A stretch of DNA of 61,525 bases, taken from contig JAKAVY010000005.1 of NCBI GenBank assembly GCA_021827405.1, positions 1 to 61,525 on the forward strand, written 5' to 3'. The stretch is from Thermoplasmata archaeon. GTDB taxonomy: Archaea; Thermoplasmatota; Thermoplasmata; Lutacidiplasmatales; UBA184. Shown piece after piece: positions 37,616 to 46,268 of the stretch (position 1 is its first letter; each line of letters starts with the position of its first letter). The translations under genes were made by a program, and so were the position numbers. The notes under the pieces were generated by a model. It saw nothing but the letters and a program-made list of their open reading frames with translations, made no database searches and was not told the origin of the DNA.

Positions 37616-37995
37616 CCGAGGTGGCCCTGATCGCCGGGAACGAGGAGACCCGGGAGGTCCTGCGGGCGCTCCTCCGGCTCCACCACCACCGGGTCCAGGG
37701 GGAGGGGCGGGGGGTCGCGGACGCCCGGCGCCTGCTCCGATCCGGGTTCAAGGGCGTGCTTTTCGTGGACGCGGAGCTCTCGGACGGGAGTTGGACGGAC
37801 GTCCTGGAGAGCGCCCAGGAATCCCGTCCCCCGGTCCCTTCGGTGCTCATCAGCCCGTTCTACGGCGCCGAGTTCGAGGAAAAGGCCCGGAAGCTCGGGG
37901 TCGGGGCCATCCTGCTCCGCCCCTTCGAGATCCCGGAGCTCTTGGACGCCATCGAGCGGGTGGACGGGAAGCGGAGCCAGAAGAGCCAGGCCTGA
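37612..37995 (+). CDS. Atypical response-regulator receiver (REC) domain protein
   Basis: CheY-like pattern VLFVDAELSDGSW.DVL...PVPSVLIS...A..LGV...LLRPF..PELL; TTG start overlapping the Lrp stop. Confidence 0.75.
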   Translation: MTEVALIAGNEETREVLRALLRLHHHRVQGEGRGVADARRLLRSGFKGVLFVDAELSDGSWTDVLESAQESRPPVPSVLISPFYGAEFEEKARKLGVGAILLRPFEIPELLDAIERVDGKRSQKSQA

Positions 37996-38271
37996 TCGAC
38001 CTCGGTCCCACTTCCCCCGGCGGGTGGCCCGGCACCGTCGGAGGAGGGGAGGACCGCTCCCCCCGGGCGGCCTCGCTTCCGCCAGGCGGTGAGAAAGCGA
38101 TCCCCGATGAGAAGGGGAACGGTGGCCCCCCGCGGGGGGAACGGGGGGGCGTCCCCTCCGCGTACCGGCAGGGGAAGGTCGTGGGACGCGTATAGCGGCC
38201 GGCCCTGGGGCCCCCGGGAGACGAGCATCCCAAGGAGCTCCCTCCCTGGGACGGGTACGGAGGGTGGCGAC

Positions 38272-39237
38272 CTAGGTGGGAGGGTCCTCGAGGAAGCTGG
38301 CCGAGGGAGCGAAGAAGAGGTTCCCGGTGCGCGGACGGCTGTAGTCCAGCAACCGGTCGTAGTTGCCGGGAGGATCGCCCACGAACATCCTCTCCAGCAT
38401 CCGTTCCAGGGTCCGGGGAGAGCGGCTGTAGCCGAGGAAATAGGTGCCGAAGACCCCCCGGGAGGGCTCCCCGAACGGCATGTTGTCCCTCAGGACCTTG
38501 ATCTCCTCGCCGTCCTCGACGATCTGGGTCAGGGCCGTGTGCGCGAAGGAGGGCTTCGCCGCGTCGGCGAGCTCCACGTCGGTCCACTTCGTCCGGCCGA
38601 TGATCCGCTCCTGGTCCTCCGTGGGCAGGGCGTTCCAGGCCGCCAGGTCGTGCTCGTACCTCTGCACCAGGACGTAGCTCCCCCCCGCGAAGCGGGGGTC
38701 CTCCGGGCCGACGAGGACCGCGTCCGCCGCCTCCTGTCCCTCCGGGTTCTCCGTCCCGTCGACGAACCCCAAAAGGTCCCTTTGGTCGAAGTAGCGGAAC
38801 CCGTGGACCTCGTCCAAGGGGACCCCCGAACCCTTCAGACGCTCCATGAGCTGCGTGGCCAGCTCAAAGGCCAGGTCCGGGCGGTTGGACCGGAGGTGGA
38901 AGAAGAGGTCCCCGGGGGTGGCGAGCGCGTGGCGCCCCTCGGCCCGGAACTCCCTGAACGCATGCAATTCCGCCGGGCGGGGCGGGCCGAAGAGCCGGTC
39001 CCAGGCCTCGGAACCGAACCCCATCACGCAGGAGAGCCCGTCCTCCGGTTCCCGGAACCCCACCGCCCGGACCAGGCCCGAGAGGTCAGGGCACAGACGG
39101 AGGACCGCTTCCCGGGCCTCCGTCCCTTCCCGGAGGCCCAGGGTCAGGAAGATCGCGCTCCGGGAGATGGGAGCGGCCACGGCCTGCGGACGCCCTTGCG
39201 TCGGGCCCGGGTCCCGGTTCCCGTCCGTCGATCCCAT
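38272..39237 (-). CDS. Dye-decolorizing (DyP-type) heme peroxidase
   Basis: ATPGDLFFH.R, RDLLGFVDGTENP (GxxDG), GGSYVLVQRY.HD, QERIIGR.K, H, LRDNMPFG, DRLLD.S.P.TG. Confidence 0.95.
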   Translation of the reverse strand: MGSTDGNRDPGPTQGRPQAVAAPISRSAIFLTLGLREGTEAREAVLRLCPDLSGLVRAVGFREPEDGLSCVMGFGSEAWDRLFGPPRPAELHAFREFRAEGRHALATPGDLFFHLRSNRPDLAFELATQLMERLKGSGVPLDEVHGFRYFDQRDLLGFVDGTENPEGQEAADAVLVGPEDPRFAGGSYVLVQRYEHDLAAWNALPTEDQERIIGRTKWTDVELADAAKPSFAHTALTQIVEDGEEIKVLRDNMPFGEPSRGVFGTYFLGYSRSPRTLERMLERMFVGDPPGNYDRLLDYSRPRTGNLFFAPSASFLEDPPT

Positions 39238-39444
39238 CTCGTCCCTCAACCTCCCCTCCCCTAAAGGGATGTGGGGGGTGGGCGGGGAGGAGATTCCCGG
39301 GCCCGGGAACGCCTCCGGCCCGGCGCCGAAGAGGTTCCCCAGAGCGTCGTTCCGTTCCCTGTCCCAAGGCCCGGAACTACGGTCCGATCGCGCGATCCGG
39401 CCCGGTCGGGGAGGTCCCGTGGGAAGGGCGTATGGCCGGCACCC

Positions 39445-40014
39445 TCAAGGTCGCGGGAAGGGGCGACCGAGGTAGAGCACCCGGGCCAGGAAGGACCGGG
39501 GGCGGCCGGCCAGATGCCGGAGAAGGTACGGGTCCAGGGCCCAGGACCGGCCCGCGGGGGCCAGGAAGAGCCCCACCGCGAGAAGCAGGTAGAGAGGGTG
39601 GGGGCCCACATCCGTCCCTCCGGGGAAGTAGAAGGTGGCCCCCCACTGGGTCAGAAGGAAGAACCCCGAGAGGAAAAACCCCACCACACAGGCCCACCGG
39701 GTCGTGGTGCCGGTGAGGAACGCGAAGGCCAGGTAGGCGGTGGCCACCGCGATGAGGACGGAGAAGACCGCCCCATGGGCGGCCACGAACTGGGCGAGCC
39801 CGGGACCCCCTAACGTGGTGGGGGCGTAGGAGGCGGCCGCAGCGGAAAAGGTGGGGAAGAACTGGTTCGCCGGGTCCACGATGAAGACGAGGTTCATCGC
39901 CCAGACGAGCCCCAACCCGATCCGGAGGACCTCCACCGCCAGCCCGGCGCGTCCCCCCATCCTCGCCGGCGCCGACGAGGGGGGATCTCGCTGCGGGGTG
40001 GCCATGATCGACAT
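39445..40014 (-). CDS. DoxX-like membrane protein
   Basis: LRIGLGLVW, G..TRWA..VG, GTDVG, GRSWALD pattern of the DoxX/DoxD family; four TM segments. Confidence 0.7.
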   Translation of the reverse strand: MSIMATPQRDPPSSAPARMGGRAGLAVEVLRIGLGLVWAMNLVFIVDPANQFFPTFSAAAASYAPTTLGGPGLAQFVAAHGAVFSVLIAVATAYLAFAFLTGTTTRWACVVGFFLSGFFLLTQWGATFYFPGGTDVGPHPLYLLLAVGLFLAPAGRSWALDPYLLRHLAGRPRSFLARVLYLGRPFPRP

Positions 40015-40158
40015 CCTGGAAAGGGGAGAGGGGTCGGACCGACCCCGCTTGATCCTCCGTAAACCCTCGCCGGGGCAACTCCGGGGGGCCTCTCGATCGC
40101 CTTGGGCCGGTCCGATCCCTCAGAACGACCACCCACGAACCGGGAGATGAAGGGTCGG

Positions 40159-42321
40159 TCAACGGGGCTTGACGGACCGGGAGGGACGAGGTCGGGAGCG
40201 GGGAGGGGGCCCCGGGACCTTCCCCTGCCCGTCCCGGGGCAGGACCTCCCACAGGAAGGTGAACTGGTTGGTCAGATGCGAGGTCACGTCCTCCAGGGAC
40301 TGGGGCCCGTGCCCGAAGGAACGGTAGGCGCGCAGGAAGAGAGGCCGCCCCGAGGTGCTGGAGGCCTGGAGCCGGGCGATCATCTTCCGGGAATGGTAGG
40401 GGTTCACCCGATGGTCGTTCTCCCCCGTGGTCAGGAGCACCGCGGGGTAGGCCTTCCCCGGCTCGACCCGGTGGTACGGGGAGTACGCTCGCATCGCCGC
40501 GAACTGCTCCGGGTCCTTCACGGTCCCGAACTCCGGGATGTTGAACTCGCCGTTCGCCTCCCGCTCGCTACGTAGCGCGTCGAAGACCCCCACGTCCCCG
40601 AGCACCGCGCTGGCGAGCTCGGGACGCTGGGTCAAGAGCGCCCCCACGGTCAATCCCCCGTTGCTCCCGCCGATCACCGCCAGGCGATCCGGCCGGACGT
40701 ACCGCCCACGCACCAGGTGCTCGGCACAGGCGATGAAATCGTCAAAGACGTTCTGCTTCTGGGTGAGCCGCCCGGCCTTGTGCCACGCCTCCCCGAACTC
40801 CCCGCCCCCCCGGAGGTGGGCCACGGCCCGGGCTCCCCCTTCCTGATACCACGCCGCGAAGGGCAGCTCGTGGTCCGGACCGAGCGAGATCCCGTAGCCC
40901 CCGTATCCCTCCAAAAGGAGCGGGGCCGGGCCACCCTTACGGAACCCCCGGGGCAACAGCAGCGTCAGCGGGACCTTCGTCCCGTCCTTGGAGGTGGCCA
41001 TCTCCTGGCGGATGGTGAGGCCCCGGAGCACGGGGAGCGGCGGGAACGTCAGCGGGCTGCGCCGCGGGCGCAGGCTCCCCGGGGAGAGGGCCCAGACCCC
41101 CCGAGGCTCCCGGTAGTCCGACAGCAAGAACAAAAGATCTCCCCCCGGGACACCGGTGAGGGCGGAAGGCTCCGAGAAGGCCGGGGTCCGGACCGTCCGC
41201 GGCGCGGGAGGGTGTCGGGAGAGCGAAAGCTCCACCAGCCGCCCGACGCCCCCTCGCTGCTGGGCCACGTAGAGCGCCCCGCGGTGGGGGCAGATCTCCT
41301 CGCAGGACCACGGCCCGGCGGGGAGGAGCTCCTCGGCCTCGGAGAGGGCCGCCTTCCCCGGGGGGAGGTGAAGGACCCGGCCACCGGTGTCGCCCCGGAA
41401 GTCGAGGAGGAAGAGCCCCTCCCGACCGAGGACCGCGTGCTTGATCCCATCCTCCGGGGTGGTCACCCGCTGGACCCGTCCGTCGGGGGTCCTCACGTAA
41501 TGGCTGAACTCGCCCCCGTCCCCGTGGGCCACGCTGACCAGGAGCCCCCCGGTCCCGGGCTCCAGGGAGAGGCGGATCTCCGCGTCCCGGGGAAGCTCGG
41601 GTCCTAAGACCTCCCGGTCCTGGGCAGGGTCGGCCCCCCACGCATGGTAGTACACCCGCTGGAAGAACGACCGGTCCTCCTCCGGGCGCTCCTCCCCGGG
41701 GTAGCGCGTGTAGTAGATCCCCCGGCCGTCGGGGGCCCAGGCGGCGCTCCCTCCCGCCGTTGCGCCATGGACCCGGGGGAGCGTCTCCCCGGTGAAGCGC
41801 TTGCGCTCCAGGTCCAGGAGCTGAAGAGGGCCCTGCTCGCTCCCGCCCCGGGAGAGGCAGAGCGCCACCCGTCTCCCGTCCGGGGACGGGGAGATCAGAT
41901 CGATGGAGACCCCGGCGCGACCCCCGATCCGGGAGGGATCGAGGACCAGCTGCCCCCGACGGGGGGAAAGGTCCGGCGGATAGACCCACAGGCAGGGGCG
42001 CGGATGCTTCGGGTCGGAGCGCAGGAGGAAGACCCTCGCCGCTCCCGGGCCGTTCTCTCCGGGGGCTCCCGGGGTCCAGATCCCCAGGATGCTTCGGCGC
42101 CCGCGCCGGTAGAAGGCGGTGACCTCCCGCCGGACCCTCCGGCGCAGGGGGCTGCTCTCCAACCAGGACCGGGCCCGCCGGTCCTGCGCCCGGGTCCATC
42201 GGACCACCTCCGGGTCCGTCCCATCCTCGAGCCAGCGGTACTCGTCCACCACCGCCTGGCCATGGTACTCGTCCGTGACCGGGCGTCGAGGGGTGACCGG
42301 TGCCGGGGCCGGCTCGTGCAT
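40159..42321 (-). CDS. Prolyl oligopeptidase (S9A)
   Basis: DEYRWLED, SKDGTKVP, GYGGYG, RGGGEFGEAWH, KQNVFDDF, GGSNGG (Ser), DHRV (Asp), GHG (His). Confidence 0.95.
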   Translation of the reverse strand: MHEPAPAPVTPRRPVTDEYHGQAVVDEYRWLEDGTDPEVVRWTRAQDRRARSWLESSPLRRRVRREVTAFYRRGRRSILGIWTPGAPGENGPGAARVFLLRSDPKHPRPCLWVYPPDLSPRRGQLVLDPSRIGGRAGVSIDLISPSPDGRRVALCLSRGGSEQGPLQLLDLERKRFTGETLPRVHGATAGGSAAWAPDGRGIYYTRYPGEERPEEDRSFFQRVYYHAWGADPAQDREVLGPELPRDAEIRLSLEPGTGGLLVSVAHGDGGEFSHYVRTPDGRVQRVTTPEDGIKHAVLGREGLFLLDFRGDTGGRVLHLPPGKAALSEAEELLPAGPWSCEEICPHRGALYVAQQRGGVGRLVELSLSRHPPAPRTVRTPAFSEPSALTGVPGGDLLFLLSDYREPRGVWALSPGSLRPRRSPLTFPPLPVLRGLTIRQEMATSKDGTKVPLTLLLPRGFRKGGPAPLLLEGYGGYGISLGPDHELPFAAWYQEGGARAVAHLRGGGEFGEAWHKAGRLTQKQNVFDDFIACAEHLVRGRYVRPDRLAVIGGSNGGLTVGALLTQRPELASAVLGDVGVFDALRSEREANGEFNIPEFGTVKDPEQFAAMRAYSPYHRVEPGKAYPAVLLTTGENDHRVNPYHSRKMIARLQASSTSGRPLFLRAYRSFGHGPQSLEDVTSHLTNQFTFLWEVLPRDGQGKVPGPPPRSRPRPSRSVKPR

Positions 42322-42352
42322 GAGGCTGCGGGAGCCTTCCCTTCCTATTAGC

Positions 42353-43474
42353 CTAGGCGCGCGGCCCTCGGTACGGCGGGGCGGAGAGCCGGGGGAGGAC
42401 GAAGGGGAGCATCCGCCGGGTGGCGGCGGGGAGCGGGAGGCGTTGGAGGGCGCGGGCGGTCACCCAGCGGTACGGCCCCCCCTGGAGGCGGCCTCCGGGC
42501 CGTCGCCGGAGCGAAAAGACGTGCAGGCTCACGTGGAAGTGGGAATAGTCATGCTCGATCACCCCCAGGAGCTCGAGGACCCGGACCGGAAGACCGGTCT
42601 CCTCGAAGAACTCCCGGCAGACCGCCTGCGCCGCGGACTCCTTCGTCTCGATCTTCCCTCCGGGGAACTCCCAGAGCCCTCCGAGGAGCCCGCCGGGAGC
42701 CCGGCGTTGCACCAGGACCCTCCCGTCCCGGACCAACACCCCGACCGCGGCCCGGACCCGGGGACGAGGCGCCCTTCTCCCCCGGCGCGGGACCGCCCCC
42801 GGGTCCGGGAGCTCGGCGAGCGCCCCGCAGACGATTCGGACCGGGCAGCGCGGGCAGCGGGGGGACCGGAGGGTGCAGAGGCGCTGCCCGAGCTCCATGA
42901 GCCCTTCGTTGAAGGACCGGGGGTCCGCCCGGCCCAGCAGTCGCTCCACCTCCGGCTCGGTGGGCGGGACCGGATAGAGGACCCGGGAGAGGACCCGCAG
43001 CCCGTTCGCGTCCAGCGCCACCACGGGACGACGGAACGCGATGGCCGCGAGCGCGCGCGAGGTGTACTCTCCCACGCCGGGGAGCTCTCGGAGCTCCTCC
43101 ACCCGGTCCGGGAGCTTCCCTTCATGCTCGTCGACGACGATCCGGGCGAGCTTCCGAAGGTTCCTCGCCCGGGCGTAGTAGCCCGCCCCCTCCCAGGCCT
43201 TGAGGACGGAACCCTCCCTCGCCCGGGCCAGGCTCGCCAGGTCCGGGAAGCGGGCGAGGAACCGCTGGTAGTAGGGCCGCGCCTGCTCGACCCGGGTCTG
43301 CTGGAGGAGGAACTCCGCCACGAGGAGGCGGTAGGGGTCGTTCGTCCGCCGCCACGGGAGGTCGCGCCGGGTCCGCCTAAACCAACGCGTCAGGAACCGC
43401 CGGAACCGCTCGCCCACGCGGGGGTCTCCGCCCGCGACCCGCGCCCCGTCCCTCAGTGCCGGAAGACCCTCCAT
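42353..43474 (-). CDS. mutY: A/G-specific adenine glycosylase MutY with C-terminal intact Nudix (MutT) box
   Basis: RDLPWR, EFLLQQT, W.G.GYYARARNL, LPGVGEYT, LDAN, CTLRSPRCPRCPVRIVC (4Fe-4S), GGKIETKESAAQAVCREFFEETGL. Confidence 0.93.
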   Translation of the reverse strand: MEGLPALRDGARVAGGDPRVGERFRRFLTRWFRRTRRDLPWRRTNDPYRLLVAEFLLQQTRVEQARPYYQRFLARFPDLASLARAREGSVLKAWEGAGYYARARNLRKLARIVVDEHEGKLPDRVEELRELPGVGEYTSRALAAIAFRRPVVALDANGLRVLSRVLYPVPPTEPEVERLLGRADPRSFNEGLMELGQRLCTLRSPRCPRCPVRIVCGALAELPDPGAVPRRGRRAPRPRVRAAVGVLVRDGRVLVQRRAPGGLLGGLWEFPGGKIETKESAAQAVCREFFEETGLPVRVLELLGVIEHDYSHFHVSLHVFSLRRRPGGRLQGGPYRWVTARALQRLPLPAATRRMLPFVLPRLSAPPYRGPRA

Positions 43475-45030
43475 CCGCAGAAGTACATGGCCAGGTCCAG
43501 CCGGTCGGCCGCCGCAACGACCTCCGCGTCGCGGATGGATCCCCCCGGCTGGAGGATGACCCGGACCCCGGCCCTCCCGGCCTCCTCGAGCCCGTCAGCG
43601 AAAGGAAAGTACGCGTCCGAGGCGAGGACGGACCCCCGGGCCCGGTCCCCGGCCACCTCCAGCGCGACGCGGACGGCCCCCACCCGGCTGGTCTGCCCGG
43701 AGCCGATGCCCACCGTCGCCTCGCGCCGTACCAACGCCACCGCGTTGCTGCGGGCGTGCCGGACCACCTTCCAAGCGAACGGCAGGGAGCCAAGCTCCCC
43801 GTCCGTGGCGGCCCGCCGGGTGACGAGCTTGAGCTCCGAGGACAATAGCTCCCGCCGGTCCGCCTCCTGGAGCAGAAGGCGCCCCGTGGCGGTCCGGGCC
43901 TCCCACCGGGGAGCCTCCCGGGAAGGCGCCGACCCCTGGACGAGCTTGAGCTTCGGGCGGCGGGAGAGCCGCTCGATCACCTCGGCCGGGAAGGAAGGCC
44001 CCGCCAGGAGGTCCACGAAGGTCCCCTTCAACGCGTCGACCCCCTCCATCGTCAGGGGCCGGTTGACGGCCACCGCGCTCCCGTACCGGGCCACCGGGTC
44101 GGTGGCCAGCGCCTGCTCCAGCGCCGCCGGGAGCCCGTCGGAGGTGGCCGCCCCGCAGGGAGTGGCGTGCTTCACCACCACCGCCGCGGGCCGATCGAAC
44201 TCCGAGACCAGCGCCAGCGCCCGCTCCAGGTCCAGGTAGTTGTTGTAGGAGAGCGCCTCCCCCTTGAGGCGGACCAGGGGCCAGGGGTCGAGGGGCACCC
44301 CCGGCGGGGCCACCTCCGACAGGACCTCTGCCCGCTGGTGAGGGTTCTCCCCGTAACGGAGCCCTTCCCCCGTCCGGGCGAAGGTGACCAGCTCGGTCAG
44401 ACGCCCCGTCCCCGGGTCCGCGACCCGGGCGAGCCAGGCGTTCACCGCGGTGTCGTAGAGGGCCGTCCGCCGGAAGGCGCGGGCGGCGAGCCGGGCGCGG
44501 GTGGCCGGGCTCACCCTCCCGCCGCTATGGTCCATCTCCGAGAGCAGCCCCTCCGTGTCCGCCGGGTCGGAGAACGGGACCACGTAGCGGTGGTTCTTGG
44601 CGGCGGCCCGCAGCAGGCTCGGGCCCCCCACGTCGATGCGCTCCAGCAGTTCCTCCGCGCCCTCCTTCCCGCCGGAGAAGGCCTCCTCGAACGGGTAGAA
44701 GAGGACCGCCACGAGATCGAAGGCGATGAGCCCGAGCGCCTCGAGCTCGCGCGATCCCGCCTCGTCCCGGGGGGCCAGGATGCCTCCGAAGAGCTTCGGA
44801 TGGAGCGTCTTCACCCGGCCGCCGAACCAGGCGGTGATGCCGGTGATCTCCTCCGTCCCGTGGCAGGGGATGCCGAGCCCCTCCAGATGGCGCCGGGTCC
44901 CGTCGGTGGCGTAGAGCTCCACCCCCCGGGTCGAAAGTCCCCGGGCCAGGGGGACGATGGGATCCTTCCGGTCGGCCGCGAGCAGGGCCCTCTTCAGCAG
45001 GGGTCCTTCGCTACGGTCCTGCGAACCCAC
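43453..45030 (-). CDS. purH: Bifunctional AICAR transformylase/IMP cyclohydrolase
   Basis: GGRVKTLHP..FGGILA, IDVGGPSLLRAAAKN, LRYGENPHQ, LSYNN.LD, VKH..PCG, SNA, GIGSGQTSRV, ASDAYFPF, QPGGSIRD. Start GTG 45030 chosen. Confidence 0.95.
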   Translation of the reverse strand: MGSQDRSEGPLLKRALLAADRKDPIVPLARGLSTRGVELYATDGTRRHLEGLGIPCHGTEEITGITAWFGGRVKTLHPKLFGGILAPRDEAGSRELEALGLIAFDLVAVLFYPFEEAFSGGKEGAEELLERIDVGGPSLLRAAAKNHRYVVPFSDPADTEGLLSEMDHSGGRVSPATRARLAARAFRRTALYDTAVNAWLARVADPGTGRLTELVTFARTGEGLRYGENPHQRAEVLSEVAPPGVPLDPWPLVRLKGEALSYNNYLDLERALALVSEFDRPAAVVVKHATPCGAATSDGLPAALEQALATDPVARYGSAVAVNRPLTMEGVDALKGTFVDLLAGPSFPAEVIERLSRRPKLKLVQGSAPSREAPRWEARTATGRLLLQEADRRELLSSELKLVTRRAATDGELGSLPFAWKVVRHARSNAVALVRREATVGIGSGQTSRVGAVRVALEVAGDRARGSVLASDAYFPFADGLEEAGRAGVRVILQPGGSIRDAEVVAAADRLDLAMYFCGWRVFRH

Positions 45031-45094
45031 GTCCCTTACCCCTGGGGAGGACGGGTGAGGAAAGATAAGCGCTCCGGGCCGGGGCCCCTCTCCT

Positions 45095-46183
45095 TCAGAG
45101 GTGGTAGCTCGCGGAGATCCGGGCGAAGATCGGGTCATCCTCCCGGAACGAGTCTGGGTCCGTCCCCCGGCGCTCGGCGGTAAAGCAGGCCAAGAGCTGC
45201 AGGGGGAGCGTCGTGACGAACGGGCTCAGCTCCTCCCGCCCGGGGGGAACCTCGAACCGGAGGGTCCCCGGCGGGTGGCCGGCGAACCCCTCCACGGCGT
45301 CTAGCGCCTCCCGGTCGCCGATGAGCCAGGGGGTGGCCGGGACCAAGGCGAGGGCGCGGAGCGCGTCCCCGAAGCGGTCCAGGGCCGGGCCCTTAGGGGC
45401 GAGGAGCACCGCAAGGTCCCCGGCCTGAAGGGCCTGGAGCCCTCCGTGCAGCATCGTCTCCAGCTCGAACCCCTCGGAGACCAGGTAGGACGATTCCTTC
45501 ACCTTGAGGGCCCCCTCCCGCGCCGTGGGGAAGTTCACCCCGGCCCCGGCGAAGACCACCCGTCCCTGGCGGGCCAGCCTCTCCGCCACGGGAAGGATCT
45601 CCCCCTCCCGTCCAAGGACCTCCTCCATCCGCCCGGGCAGGGTGGGGAGGAGCTCCCCCAGGCCCCCTGGCCCCGAGGGCCCCTCCCGTCCCAGCTCCGC
45701 GGCGAGGAGGGCGAGCGCCAGGAGGTTCCCCGTGTAGCTGGCCGTGTGGGTGGAGGACCGCTCCTGGGGTGCGGTGGGGATGAGCACCTGGGGGCCGGCC
45801 ATGGGCGAGTCGAGCCCCGTGAGCCCCACCACGGGCATCCCAGATCCCTGGGCCCTCTCCAGGCTCGCCATCCCGTAGCGCTTGTTCCCCCGGTGGCTGA
45901 TGGTGATGAGGGCATCGTCCCGGGAGAGCGGGGGAGGGTAGAGCGCGAAGTCCTGGTGGGTGAGCGCCCAGGCGTCCACCCCCGCCGTCCGGAGCAGGTG
46001 CTGGCCGACCAGGGCCGCGTGGTGGCTGGTACCGGTCCCCGTCAGGAAGACGTGCCGCCGCCCCCGGAGCAGCCCGGCCGCCCTTTCGACGAGGGGAGGG
46101 CACCGGCCCAGAACGTCCCGAAGGACCGCCGGCTGGGCGTGGATGGTCCGGTACAGCTCGGAGGGATGGCTCTCCGCTCCCAT
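45095..46183 (-). CDS. SIS-domain sugar-phosphate isomerase/deaminase (GlmS isomerase-like, no glutaminase domain)
   Basis: I..QP, G.GTS.HAA, ISH.G, T.SYT, AREGALKVKE, E..HG, LPLQLLA. Confidence 0.85.
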   Translation of the reverse strand: MGAESHPSELYRTIHAQPAVLRDVLGRCPPLVERAAGLLRGRRHVFLTGTGTSHHAALVGQHLLRTAGVDAWALTHQDFALYPPPLSRDDALITISHRGNKRYGMASLERAQGSGMPVVGLTGLDSPMAGPQVLIPTAPQERSSTHTASYTGNLLALALLAAELGREGPSGPGGLGELLPTLPGRMEEVLGREGEILPVAERLARQGRVVFAGAGVNFPTAREGALKVKESSYLVSEGFELETMLHGGLQALQAGDLAVLLAPKGPALDRFGDALRALALVPATPWLIGDREALDAVEGFAGHPPGTLRFEVPPGREELSPFVTTLPLQLLACFTAERRGTDPDSFREDDPIFARISASYHL

Positions 46184-46268
46184 GGGGTCCTGCCGACCCC
46201 CGCGAGCCCTGGCATCAGATAAGACGTCGGGCGTCCCGGGACCCTTGCGCGTCGGCCCGGGGCCCCCT

